Assembly: GCF_018977255.1 (NCBI RefSeq)
Contig: NW_024704742.1
Span: forward strand, 105,402,001 to 105,466,000
Source of the DNA: Callorhinchus milii
Lineage: Eukaryota
Length of the DNA stretch: 64,000 bases
Direction: 5' to 3'
Under the pieces are notes generated by a model. The model was not told the origin of the DNA. It worked only from the letters and a program-made list of their open reading frames with translations, and did not search any database. A program made the translations under genes and the position numbers. How positions within the stretch are numbered: position 1 is the stretch's first letter; each line of letters opens with the position of its first letter. Positions 12,163-25,106 of this stretch are shown here, piece after piece.

Positions 12163-12600
12163 CAAGAGCTGAGTGGGATGATTCCCTGCCACCAGTGACT
12201 GGTTTGCCCTTCCAAGTCCTACCAATGAGCCAGCCTGGCTAAGCTGTCATCAGCACTGTCCTGGAATACTGTAGACCCGCCTGCCACAGGAACCGGACTA
12301 GAGACTGCCATAGAGGGCTGACTCGATTCTGACATTCCGTTGCCAAATATGGCACCATGTAGCCAGTTCAGCTCCAAGGAGACCCCGCTTACCTCTTCCA
12401 AACCCCCGCCCCCCACCACACACCCCCACAAGGAAGATAGTCATGAGTTGGTCATTTGACTATGCGCAGGTTTGAGCATAGTATATATACACAGGTGTAT
12501 ATATATTTACATACTGTAATACCTGTATATATTCATATATATATTGAATTATCTGTTTATATTTGGAAACCATATTACCTGTGTGTATATTTGTATAATA

Positions 12601-12751
12601 CTAGCTGTACCCTTTGCAGCTATGCTTGCAACCAAAGGATCCAATATGGAATGTAGACAGACATTTCATCTTTATACTGAGCTGGGAGGACTCCTGTGGG
12701 AGGACTCCTTTAATATATTTTCTCTCCCTGTCTCTCTCCCAGTCTCTCTCT

Positions 12752-12791
<40 letters not shown>

Positions 12792-12823
12792 CTCTCTCTC
12801 GCTCAGTCTCTCTCACTGTCTCA

Positions 12824-12864
<41 letters not shown>

Positions 12865-13440
12865 CATCTCTCTCAACTGTACCAGTCGCAGCTTTGCTTG
12901 CAACTAAAGGATCCAATATGGAATGTAGATTGACACACAGACAGACACACAACAGACATTTTGTCTATCTATACTCAGCTGGGAGGACTCCTGTAGGAGG
13001 ACTCAGTAGGAGGACTCCTTTAATATATTTTCTCTCACATTCTCTCTCAGTCTCTCTTCCAGTCTCGCTTTCTATTTCTCTCTCTCTCTGTTTCTCTCAC
13101 TCAGTCTGTCTCTCAGTCTTTCTCTGTGTCTCCCACAAACCACACAGTCACTACACTTTATAATATATTCTCTCTCACAGTCTCTCTCTCTTGAATGGTG
13201 TGTGCTTTTGTCTATCTCTACGTATTTGCAGAATATAACACATAACTTATATTTTGGAGCTTAATTAAAGCATTTTTTAATGCAGCTCATCAACGATAGG
13301 TGATCACCCCAAAAATATGCCCATGACACTCCCCCAGGCAAAAACTTTCTGACGAGGTATAAATCATGTCTCTAATTCAATTGGTCATTGCGTGATTGTC
13401 AGATACACGGACACACAGACACTGTCTTTATTAGTATAGA
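12601..13440 (-). mobile_element. Non-autonomous Helitron with internal (CT)n tracts and duplicated 3' module
   Basis: Minus strand starts A|TCTATACTAATAAAG (13440) and ends GGTACAGCTAG|T (12601): 5'-TC, 3'-CTAG, A^T target, no TSD. Subterminal hairpin (TTGCA..TGCAA) about 10 nt from the CTAG. Confidence 0.8.
12720..12873. repeat. (CT)n microsatellite inside the Helitron
   Basis: Directly visible; second degenerate tract at about 13030-13130. Confidence 0.95.
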
Positions 13441-14880
13441 TACCACATGAATGTATATATTTATGAAGAAGTATTAACAATATTTATAGGTGAAATATGG
13501 TTAAAAAAAAATTCACATCCTAACATTCTTCACGTGTGAGCCATGAGTGCAATTGTTGCAGTCTTTTTGATCAGAAAGAGCAGCATAATGGAGCCTAATG
13601 TTTACCTCTGAATTAGCTTGCTGCAGGAAGCCAACACCAACTGATATTTTTTGCTGGTATTTTCTATGTATGTACAGATATGTACATATGTTATGAATAT
13701 ACTCTTCATTTAAAGCACATAAAGCTATTATTATCTCACAGTGGCCTTTGAGCAAAAGATAGTCAGAACCCATGCATCACATGTAAAGTATTTTTCTCCT
13801 GACAAATGCACAGGTGACTGGCAGTCGTTTGAGTTATTGCTCAGTATCTATGGTAATTAAGTCTTTGGATGTAGTCCAGAGCCTGATGAAGGTCACTGCT
13901 GAATATTAACTCTAATGTGAAATATTTCTGGAATTGCCCTTGGAAGCAGCACATCAGGGGAGGGGGATCAGCGATGGGGGAGGAGAAGAGGTTAATGACC
14001 ATAAATGGAAAGCTTAACAATATTTTATAATAATAATCCTTGCATTTGATATAGCGCCTTATCATGTATTTAAGACGTTTGCTTAGTTGAAAAGGGTTAC
14101 ATTTAGCCAATCATCATAAGAGGTGTCAGTGCACGAACCAAACACTTTGACACCATCGAGCAATCTTGGGATACCTATAAAACTGACCACATACAGATTG
14201 CAAAGCTTCCTGTCCAATCCAACTATAGGATCTCACCTGAACCTCACAAGAACACTCCCAACGTCTTGTGTGTAGTTTGTCATTCACTTGCCACCTGTCC
14301 TTCTGATCTATCTGAGAGCTCTCCAATTTAGTGCCTAATTGTGCTTATGGTTAGTATTGTGCAGTGTACCCTTGTCCACGAGGTTTTGAGAAGAAGCAGC
14401 CCAGATGTATTTCAATTTGAAGCCTTTCAGTTGACAGAGAGAGAGAGCAAACTTTCACCCCATCAGTCTGCCTTGATCTGAACCTGGTTCCCTGTGGTGA
14501 AAGGTGACTGCAACTAACCTGTTGTGCTCAGAATGATCTATGCAGGTGCAGCTTGTACACTCGATATGACAGCAATGCTATTCTGGTTGAATGTTTTGTG
14601 TTGTTTTGTGTTGGTGAAAGAATTAAATACAAAGAGATGAGCTCTTTATGAACTGTAGTAGAGCACGACCTGCTTGGAGACACGCAGAGAGCTCACCTTG
14701 CCTTCCTCTCTCTTCTCCCTTCAAGGACCTCCAGTTAACAATAATGACTCTGTTTCAGGAAATATCCCCCCCCCCAACCACCACACGCTGTTTCATTTTT
14801 TCATTTTTACCCCATCCCTCCAATTTGGTGACTTCTGCTCAAAAGTTATGAAAGGCAAATATGCAGTGAGTAGCATTTGT

Positions 14881-15206
14881 GGTGTCCCGTAGCATAGTGG
14901 TTAATGCGCTCATCTCGCAAGCCGGGTTCAATTCCCAGGCAGGGAGAAACCTTGGGCAAGTTTCCTTACACCACACTCCTCTGTTCACCTAGCAGTAAGT
15001 AGGAACCCAGTTGTTACTTGATTAGCATATCGTTTTTCCGGGGGCAGTAACCCCTCAAAAATAATAATAATAATTTGGTTACTCAATCTATGAGTGCGCA
15101 GTGTTTCGCCCACAAAATATACAGTCAATTTGCATTACAGAATATTCTGTGAAGCGCTTTGACACGTGATAAGGTGCTAAATCAAATGCAAGTATTATTT
15201 TATTAT
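14881..15206 (+). mobile_element. Same SINE family, full length and diverged (a second tail-only copy follows at about 15400-15503)
   Basis: TAGCATAGTGG A-box, GGTTCAATTCC B-box, GAAACCTTGGGCAAGTTTCC, tail TGTGAAGCGCTTT...CAAATGCAAG. Confidence 0.85.
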
Positions 15207-15594
15207 TTTGGCTTTGAATTGGACAGTTACTATCCATTACATACATGGAAGCTACAGGACTGAAACAGGCCAACGGGCCCAACTCGTTTGTGACGGTCTT
15301 TATACTTCACATAAGCCTCCAACCATCCAGGTGCACCCCCCTCCCCGAGCCTCTCCCATATATCCTTCTATTTCTTTCTCGCAACTTTGTTCATTTACAC
15401 ACAAAAATGCAGTAACCACATTTTACATTGAGTGAATCATGTGAAGCGCTTTGAAACATCCTTCTGAAACTATATTAAATGCAAGAATTATTATTATTAT
15501 TATAATTGCCACTGTATTTCTGGAGTAACAGAGACTTCAATTCAAATGTGAATAAGCCTCGAGAGTTGCTGTATTATTCCTGCTTCCATTCATT

Positions 15595-16442
15595 CAACAA
15601 CAACAACAAAATTACATTTGTATAACGCCTTTCACATTGGGATCACGTGCTAAGGCGCTGGACAGACAAAGTTTCAGACCTGAGCTGGGGGTTGGGATCG
15701 GGGAGGGTGGAGGGCAAGGGGGGAAGCAGGGTGATCGAAAGCACGGTCAAAGAGGAGGGTATTGAGATGGGTCTTGAAGGAAGTAAGGGAGGGGTCGAGG
15801 CGGAGGGACTGCGGGATGGAGTTCCAGAGGGTGGGTGCAGAGTGACAGAAGGCCCACCCGCCAATAGTGGGGCGAGTGAGGCGGGGGGACATGAAGCAGG
15901 ACAGAACCCGCTGAGTGGAGGGAGCGAGCAGGATGGTAGGGCGTTTGGAGGTTGCAGAGATAGGGGGAGCAAGACCATGGAGGGCTTTGAAGATGAGGAC
16001 CAGGATCTTGAACTGTATCCTCGGTGTGATGGGAAGCCAGTGGAGTTGGGCGAGGATGGAGGTGATAGGGTGGCGGAGCCTGGCGCGGAAGAGGACACAG
16101 GCTCCAGATTGCCGGATGATCTGCAGCCTGTGGAGGGAGGAGTTGGGGACGCCGACAAGCAAGTAGTTTGCATAGTCAAGACTCAATGTAATGAAAGCAT
16201 GTATGAGGGTTTTGGCGGCCTGCAGTGTGAGACAGTGGCAGAGCCGGGCGATGTTGTGCAGGTGGGAGAAGGCAGAGTAGGTCATGGCTCAGATATGGGG
16301 TAGTAAGGATAGTTGAGGGTCAAACAAGACCCCAAGATTCCACTCCGGCTTAGTAAAGTGAAGTATGCAACCATGGATGGTGATGCTGTCAGTGGCTGAG
16401 GTGTGGAGGCGTTGATGGGAATCAATCAGGAGAGCCTCATCC
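15595..16442 (-). mobile_element. 5'-truncated L2 LINE
   Basis: (CAA)n tail. ORF 15674-16285 (HLHNIARL...LHWLPITPRIQFKILVLIFKALHGLAP) is an L2 ORF2 C-terminus. Confidence 0.92.
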
Positions 16443-17114
16443 AGATTGCAAACCTCAATACCTATTCCAGTCATTGTGTGTATGATTCACTTTCCTCAAT
16501 AATAGTCAGACATCCTGATTTTTCCCCCTTCCTCCCTTCCTTTGCCTAAGACTTTAATTCTTGATGTTTAATTTCTGACAAAAATCTGTTACTTTGGCCT
16601 CACAATATAAATGGGAATTATCTGCAGTGGCGGGAGAATTTTTAATCTCAGAAACTCTATTAGAAACATTTATCTGAGCAGCAGTTTATTACTGTTTCCA
16701 ACATCATGAAATATTTAAGATCATTTTAGAATAATGCTGATAGCTGAATATATTCTGCACTATCCAGCGGGCCAGAGTTTTATTTCATGATCTGATTCAT
16801 TAAGGGCTTGTATGTAAAGCACAGTAATAGTGGAAGAAGGGTCCTGATTATTCAGGGGTTTTTTCTGCTCGTTTTAGCTTGAAAGAAGTGTCTCATTTGG
16901 TGTCGATGGGAAAGCACTTTTATTTTTGCTAAAAGTTTGTGTGGTTCTTTTATACACCTTGTACCTTTATGCCCTAGTACCTGCTTATCTCTCCAATCTC
17001 CTCCTTCTCCACTTCTCTGCTTTGCAGAGTCAGCACTGGCCAGGATCGAATTGTGAAGCCACATTGCTTTGAGTCTGTACCTCTTCTGAACCGATTGTTT
17101 TAGTAATGATGCAG

Positions 17115-17385
17115 CATAGAAGGAGGCCATTTAGCCCATCGTGCTCGTGCTAGCTCTTTGAAAGACCTATCCAATTAATCCCACTCCCCCACTCTTTACC
17201 CATCGACTTGCATTTTTTTTCTTTTCAAGTATATATCCAATTCCCTTTTGAAATTTATCATTGAACTTGCTTCCACCACCCGTTCAGGCAGTGCAATGCA
17301 GATCGTAACATAATTTTGAATACCTCTATTAAATTTCCTTTTAACCTTCCCTTCTCTAAGGAGAACAGTCCAGCTTTTTTTGTTT
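17115..17385 (-). mobile_element. CR1 3' fragment
   Basis: ALPERVVEASSMINFKRELDIYLK plus typical 3' UTR. Confidence 0.8.
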
Positions 17386-18761
17386 TGTAGATTCAATGTT
17401 CAGGTTTGATATTAATTGCAGGCTCCCAGCCCAACTTTCTTCGCATTTTCCGTATTCCCAACAACCACCTCAACAGGTTGCACTTCCGAAAATGAAACAC
17501 TCTGAATGTTTTTTGAAAACTGGATTCAAGAAAACAATAATGCATATGAATCCACTTGAGATAGTGAGCAGAGACCTGCAGCTTGACACCAGTGGGAATA
17601 CAGCCACAAATATCACAGAACATGGTGCAGGATACCAATAGGTTAAGGGATTTCTGGTGAAAGGTGACTGCAGATGAGGCTGAGGAGAGAATAGTCCATT
17701 TCTAACTTTCTTCAGTGCTTTACAGTAAGTCCTTTATACGGTGCAACTATGATAGATGTAGGAGAGAGGAAGAAATCAAAGCGTGCAGCTAACATCAAAC
17801 ATTTAACCTATAAAATGGCTTCAGTATATCATCGCAAACAAACTGGAGGTCATCAGACGGGCACAAAGTGTACATTAATGCTCCTAGTGTTTTTCGGCCA
17901 GATTGAAAATTGCTCCTTTGACCCAACATTGAGCTATGCTGAGCTGCTCTTGTGTTGAGTACCCGGCAATGGCTGGTGCTGGCGAGTTACATGGCGTCAT
18001 TTCAGCTCGCGCTTTTCATGAGCCACCTGTACAAACACTTGCACCGAGCATTAGACATTGATGTACAGCATAAGATTTATTATCCAGATGCTGCACTTTG
18101 CCTTCAATTCTTACTTAGTAAAAGTTACTTTTCAAATTTTGCCCCAGGTTTACATTTGTACCGTGTTTATAAATCATCGACCATTTTAGCAAAGTTCCAA
18201 CTGTGCATGTTATAAGATAATAGGTATACATAGGGGTTTCAAGGGTATAATCATATCTTGAAGTTCAGAGGAGAGTTATAAACTGCTCAAGTTCAGCCAT
18301 GTGTACCTCTCAGTGAGATAATTGATTACCAAGAAGTGTCATAGGCAGCGAATATTATTAAAATGCAGTGTCCATTTTAGAATATAGCTAATTTCCCTGT
18401 GGGATCTGTGTTTGGATTCTGGCCAGGCAGAGGGGCTGCAGGTTGCTCTGAACTCTGATTACTGTCCCGAGATGAGGTTCTGTATGTTTATTCAATGAAC
18501 CTGAGGCCACATCACAAATCTTGGGTCAGAGCAGGTTTCTCAGGCCACCACACCCCACTCCTGGGCTGTGACATTGGCAGATGGTATCTACCGATTGAGG
18601 GCTAAAGAGAAAATAAAATGTCTCTAAGATTCAAGGTGCAGTGGGCGATACAAGTGAATACACTATTTTGTTCCCCATATCCTAACAGTTTTGTGCATTC
18701 AGCTTGTTTCATGGGCTGTGGTCATTACTTTGCTTTAACCATTCAATGTGAGGTGCATAAC

Positions 18762-18975
18762 AACAGAGTTGTTAGGAAATGGAATACGCTGCCAGGAGTG
18801 CTGGTTGAGGCAGAATCCATATTAGCCTTCAAAAGGGAACTAGATAGATATCTGGAAAGGAATAAATTACAGAGGTATGGGGAAAAGGCAGGTAAATGGG
18901 ACTGAATGGATTGCTCCTTAAAAGATCCAGCACAGACAAGTTGGGCTGAATGGTCTTCTTCTGTTCTGTAAATTT
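18762..18975 (+). mobile_element. CR1 3' fragment
   Basis: RVVRKWNTLPGVLVEAESILAFKRELDRYL. Confidence 0.82.
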
Positions 18976-21900
18976 TTGTGTTTTTTATGGCATACAAGTG
19001 ACCCAATATGATTAAGTTTTCACGTCGAGCATCTTAGGTGCTTAAGTCTACACCTCTCCATGACCTATTCCCCTCACCCCTTCCCTTTCCTCAATAAACC
19101 CCCGGTTGAAAGGGGAATGGGCTGTGAGGAAAATTGAGTCCACAAATCCACCACCAATATAGGTGAATTCTCTTACAAATTGTAACGTATTAAACCCCAG
19201 TCATCGTGTACCGTTCGGCTCTGTTACTTTTGAAAGTTGAAGCTCCTGTTTTGTGTGTGCACAAACTTGTCATCTCGACAATTTGAAAAACACTTACATA
19301 GATTCTAAGCAAACTTTCTCAGTGACTTCCTCTCATCAATCACCAGTTTCCTCCTGTAAGAGAGCACATTGGGACTTGTCTGCGTAGCATTTCTGGAAAT
19401 GAGGTAGGGATTTTAGTCAAAGGGCATGAATGCTTCAGCGATTTTTTAAATAAAAAATGCCTCTGGCTGTGTTGTTTGGGTTAAAAGCCCGGGAGAGAAT
19501 TAGTGGAGCGTTTTATAGCTTACCGATAGGGATCTGAAGCCAGGAGACTTCTACTTAAGCACGCAGGTTAACCATGTGTCAAATGGAGTACAAACCAAAG
19601 AAAAGCAAAGTAGAACAAAACAACGATTGTTTCATTATTTATTTATTGCAAAGAGATTTTTTTAAACTATTCAAACTGAACAGAAGCAAGGTGCATGGGG
19701 AAAACACTCATGTGATGTAACAGCTTCCACGAGGTATGGAGATTTTATTATGAATAAACTGATAAACTGGTGACTCACACCATTGTAAAGATGCCATCTC
19801 CCACCTTGGGATATCCCTTCCTCTGATTTGGAAATAATGCTTTAGAGATCCCACGAGCAAAGCTACTCATTGAAAGACACATTGGGTCTATTTTACTCCC
19901 TTTGTAATTCACGGCATGGCTGTTTTTGGCACATTTCTGTGTGCAAATTTGCCTACAGAATACACCGACACTTCACTTTACAGTAACATTCTGTGAAGCT
20001 TTGTAATGTCCTGACATGAAGGACGTTGTATCAAATATAAGGATTTTGTCATTTAAAAAGGCATCATAAGGGTTAAAGTTGTGTACATGGTGCAACATGT
20101 GGCAACAAATATTAACAACAGAAAGTAGAGCTGATTTTAATTTGGTTTTAGGGTAAGAATAGTAGGTACAGTATGCAGTTTGGCAACACAGCGATGTCTG
20201 TGCTGTTGCCTGGCAAGTCAGGATTAAGGTTGGTGAATGGTTCTGTAGAGCAGTCGCAATGAGATTTATTGAGGTAAGCCCTATTGGAAAGCTTTCAGTC
20301 GTTGTGCAAAGTGACAGGAGAAATGTTGCATCTTTTCCATGAACCTTTATATTTCATGTGCACCTGCGATTAACTGGCAAAAATCTCAGGCAAAGATGAA
20401 AATGTATAACGTAGACATTCAAGAACATTTGTTATGTACATTCATGAGAGGCATCTGTAAGTTACAGAGAAGCCCTTTGTGTGAAAGAGTAACAGATTTT
20501 CACTATCTCAGTAAAGAAGTTGAAAAGACCATTTACAACGGATCCCTGTTATAACACACTTCATTATAACGCAGGTTCACTTACACTGCTGGTGACTGTA
20601 GCCAACTTCCTGCTCACTCGCTGACTTCCCACACATTAAAAGTTGGTCTTTTGGCTCAGCGAATTGAATGTGATGATATGAGATATTCCCTTCCTGGAGA
20701 TTTTCCTTTCAATAAATGGCCTTGGGTGAACATCCTGTACTCCCCCAGCCTCACCACCCCCACCACCGAATCATCATGCAAATGTTTTGTTCCAAAGTCA
20801 TCTGTGGCACCAATATGCCTGCCTCTCCTTGGGTGATCCTTTTCATGGATGGTTCACGGGATGTTGACTTAATTCAACTAAAAGTTGAATTCATCTAAAT
20901 TTATGATTAAATTAAAACAAATGCTCACCTCAAGGGAAAGCGGGGGCCATAGAAATTTACAGCATTGTGTCTTTCTGTGGCTCTTTTAAAGAGCAATCCT
21001 TTCAATCTCATTACTGGACGTTTCCTAAAGCCCCTTGAATAGGCTGCATCCAGAACAAGCTCTCCCAGCTTCAGCACAGTGGTTGTACACTAAAGTGGTG
21101 TAAAGTCAAATCCACTTCCCCACAGCGCTCGGTGACATTAATATCTTGTTGCTCAGCCCCTTTTTTGATGTAAACATTACAATTGTATACCCTGGTTGCC
21201 ACTGCTCAGTTGGTGATGTTCTTTGTGATATAACTGGATGAATTGCATGATGTCAAATGGAAACAGAATACACTTTACAGTAAATCCCATGAAACACTTT
21301 GAGATGGTTCGAGAACATGAACAGTTACTGTATCAACTGTCACATTTATTGTTAATATTGTTAGTGTTTGAAGTGGTCTTTTTATCAGACTAGTGCACAC
21401 TGCAAACTATTCTATAAGCAACACCCATTGATTCTTGGCTTTGACAAAGGACGTGTCTTGAGATATCTTGACGTACAGAGAGATCAGTCCCAATCGGTCG
21501 GGGTCCTCTTGGAACGTGCTGTGTAGTGCAATTTCCTTAAATGCTAAGTAAATTGCTGCTTTCTGCACCAAGGGATCAATATGAAATGTTCATGTAAGTC
21601 TTTTTTAATGGGGACTTAAGAGAATAAAGATATTTATTCTTGGATCAGAAAATGATTAATCTGCTTCATATGAGATTTAGTGTCATTGATTTGGCTTTAA
21701 TAAATACTAATGACTCATACTCGACAAGCCCTAAAGCAGCACTTTATTCGTCTATAAACTCCTAAAGCTGGAGATTAGCAATGACTGTAAATGTAAGGGA
21801 GTGGACGCAACAGCGAAAATAGCTCTGAAACAACACAACAAATGGCTTAAGCCTCTGTGAGCTACTCTCATCAGGGAGTTTTCCTGTCTTTCCATTTGCA

Positions 21901-22681
21901 TTTTAAACATTTTTAAAAAGCTATGGATAGGGCGTAACCCAGAGACTTTGTGCTCTCTTTCTTGTGGTGACTTGCTCCAAAATGGTTGACTAACTGTAGT
22001 TGGGAAGCAAAATTAATTAATAATAATAAATTGGTTTTCATGCAACAAATTGGTTCATATTCAATAAATCAGGAGAGAAGCTTTTGCTTAGATTTCACAG
22101 CTACCTGTGCACAATCCTGCCAAACATTGAGTCCTCTGCATAATATTTACAGTGGACAATATATTTGAGAACTTGCTTTGCTTGGGTGCTCAGCCTGGAA
22201 ATAGATTTTCTCACCTTTCCAATAACTAATGTGTACTTATCTGATTTTTAAGCATGAACGATGAACAATTATTTTAATGTACTATGGGTTTTGCCAGTAG
22301 CTACATGACTAGTGTACCATTTAGAACTACAATAAAGGGCGCAATGTAAAACATGCCAGCAAGCTAATACGGCACCTTCAATTTGTGAAGGCTTCACATT
22401 AATCAGACAGGTATGTCAGAAAGTAAACGCAAATCCCACAGCTTTATTTTGCACAACACAGGAATATTTGGACATTTATCAGAAGCTCAACCTATGTGTT
22501 ATGTACAGACATGGTGCACTGTGGCTCAGGTGTCGAGCCCTTATTGAACATGTTCCACAGCAACAGAAAACAGAAACTTGTCATGTTCAGAATTCCAAGT
22601 GACTTGTAGTTAATTTCTTGTGATCTACAAATGGAGTTGCTGTTCTCCGGTGATTTTCTTCTTTTTTCTCTCCCTCGTAAG

Positions 22682-22812
22682 CTGAAAGAGCTCGTGAGCC
22701 TGGACCTGCGCCACATAACAGAGTTGAACAATGAGACCGTGATGGAGGTGGTGAAGAAATGCAAGCATTTAAGCTCGTTGAATCTATGCCTCAACTGGAG
22801 TATTAATGACAG
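22682..22812 (+). CDS. FBXL17: Internal coding exon (131 nt, phase 0 to 2) of F-box/LRR-repeat protein 17, LRR region
   Basis: Translates LKELVSLDLRHITELNNETVMEVVKKCKHLSSLNLCLNWSIND(R), close to vertebrate FBXL17 as I recall it (LRNLSSLDLRHITELDNETVMEIVKRCKNLSSLNLCLNWIINDR). Polypyrimidine tract 22654-22676, AG at 22680-22681, donor AG|GTATGA at 22812/22813. Confidence 0.95.
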
Positions 22813-24794
22813 GTATGATGGTGCTTTCTGACTACACACATGAGAGTGAAACAACCTCTGTAACCTCCCTGTTATTTTTCCACGTCCCTTCCTCTCCCAT
22901 ATAACCATACATCAAGGGTGTTCCTTACACATGAGATGAATATTTCTCATGATATCGCGTGACATAAGACCCTTTAAAAAGGTGCTTTGAGAAAGTAATA
23001 CAAAGGCAATTGTCTGATGCTTTAAGAAAAAGCCATTGGCTTAATTTTTAATTGAAGCTTGTGTAGGAGGAAAGGTGGGGATTGTGGGGTATAGTTGGGG
23101 GAGGTTGGTTGGCTGAATGTTTGCAGAACTACTTTATTTGTTTGGGGAAACAGTATCAGCTCTGATTCAGAACCTGCTTGGGATTCTGCTGAAGTCCTAC
23201 ATGGAGAAGTCCTGCACCTTTCTTTGCTAGCCAAGTCAGGGCTGGAGATTTGAAATTGTCTTTGGTGGTTGCTCCATGAATACTTCAAGCAGAAGTTTGT
23301 TTTAACCATGCCAAAATATGCATTAAGATGATTTGCCAGAAGTCTAGTCATTAACTTGAATAAAGTTTAACCAGATTATGAATACTGTAATTGTGCCAAG
23401 CATCAATAGCATGTCGTAACAAACAGAAACAAACAGCTGTTTAAAACCTTCAAAAATATATGTTTGACGGTGAGTACACGGCCATTAGATATTGAAGATC
23501 ATGTTAACTAAAGCTACAATTAAACATTATTCTTGATTAAATGCTATCTTACCTGTTACAGTTACCTTAGGGACTAACACAGGCCCACACAGACGCGCAC
23601 ACATGTACATACACACCACACAAAGGTAGATGGTTTGGCTACAGAGGGCATGTTGATGGGTACTGTTGATCTTTTCCTCCTGTCGATCTGGAATTTGACA
23701 AAAGAACCCCTGCAGATTAATGTGTAATGTTCGTTGTTTTAACTGTCTTATATTGGTATGTAAAAGGGAGAGAGCTGCTGTGAACCCAACAAAATAGAAA
23801 TGCAGTGCGGACTTGATGGGCCTCGTGACCCACTCCGGTTTCTGCGTTCCTATCTTAAAAGGAAATTCTTTAAGGTACTATTGCGAGGGAAAATGGGAAC
23901 AACCACATTTTGTGATGCTTTGGGGCCTTTTGTGCTCTGCGGCTAAACCTATAGAATTTATTGGAGAACCTTTACCCACAAGAAACAGGAGAACCTAGAA
24001 TTGTTTGGAAGGTTTTATACCACAGCCGTAGGACACAGGAGAGTTGCCTTCATTTCATCTTTGCCAGAACTCACAGCCCGTCGGTGGGTGACCCATTGCA
24101 TGCTCGTGCAACTGAATACAGTGAAGTGGACTTCCCCCAAACCCAGCAAACCAGGATTGCTGGTTTCGGGGTGGTGGGGGTGGCGGGGAGGGAAGCGTGG
24201 TCTGCTGAGCTAGTCTGGGTCTGAGGGGAGAAAGGAGTAGAAAATCCCTTGGGGAGAAGAATGAGAGGAAAGAAAATCAGAAGATAAATATTGATGAAAG
24301 AATAAAATGAAACACACCCCTGCCGCTCCCCACCCCAAAAAAAGTAAAGTTTAGAAGATGTGTCTTGGTATTTTTATCATCGTCGGGATCTCATATCCTA
24401 CCAGATCGTTAGTGAGGGATCTTGTGTATAACTCTGCATTTTCCTCAACCAGCAAACCAATATAATTCCTGTCACATCACAGCTTCTTTGCTGTGAAGGT
24501 GTCTATTTAACACAGTTGGGGGGAGGAATATTTTTGCATCGGGTAATTTGTTTGCTAACGTGAACTGCATAGGTAATGCTGACACAGGCTGGGAGGGCAT
24601 GTTGATGTGCCCTTAACAGTGCATAAATAAACCACAAACGCTGAAAGATGTTTATTTTATATGAAAGGCACTTTATGAATACAAGTTATCATTATTATTA
24701 CACAGTGGAATAGGAAGCCATAAAAAGCAGTAAGGCTTTTTTTAAATCTCCAGCTTGATCAGAGTTATATCTCGCCTGACAGTGCAAGAGGAAC

Positions 24795-25106
24795 ATTGCA
24801 TTGTCAGAGGTGTCATCCTTGGGATGAGATGTTAAATTGAGGTCACGTCTGCCTGTTCAGGCGGACATTAAAGATCCCACGGTACTATTCAGACAGAAAA
24901 GGAAGTTTCTCCCTGTGTCCTGGTTATTAATCCCCCAAATAAAATTGGTCACTCACTCCATGCATCCTAGTGGGTCATTGCTGTGTGCAAATTGGCTGCC
25001 GCGTTCGCCCACACAGTCACAGCATTTTACACTATATTCTGTGAAGTGCTTTGAGGTGTCTTGACAATGTAATAAGGCGCTATATTAAATGTAGGGATTA
25101 TTACTA
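24795..25106 (+). mobile_element. Deu-SINE core plus tail
   Basis: GTCAGAGGTGTC..GATGAGATGTTAAA..AAAGATCCCACGGTACTATT and CAAATTGGCTGCCGCGTTCGCCC, then L2-type tail. Confidence 0.82.

Noticed and set aside
12544..13163. Ser/Leu-rich ORFs
   Set aside because: Translation of (CT)n tracts inside the Helitron.
14126..14326. ORF with WECSC (SWIM-finger-like)
   Set aside because: Lacks the downstream CxH ligands and any further transposase context.
15643..16303. Long overlapping ORFs of 178-218 aa on both strands
   Set aside because: Alternative frames of a GC-rich L2 fragment; the same applies near 8500, 51500, 60600 and 63200.
18700..18740. FMGC peptide resembling the upstream FBXL17 exon (VGFMGCSV)
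   Set aside because: Flanking residues do not match, no splice context, and the ORF runs into a CR1 remnant.
20534..20590. Tigger/pogo-like TIR (TACAACGGATCCCTGTTATAAC)
   Set aside because: Single degenerate end with no partner TIR found.
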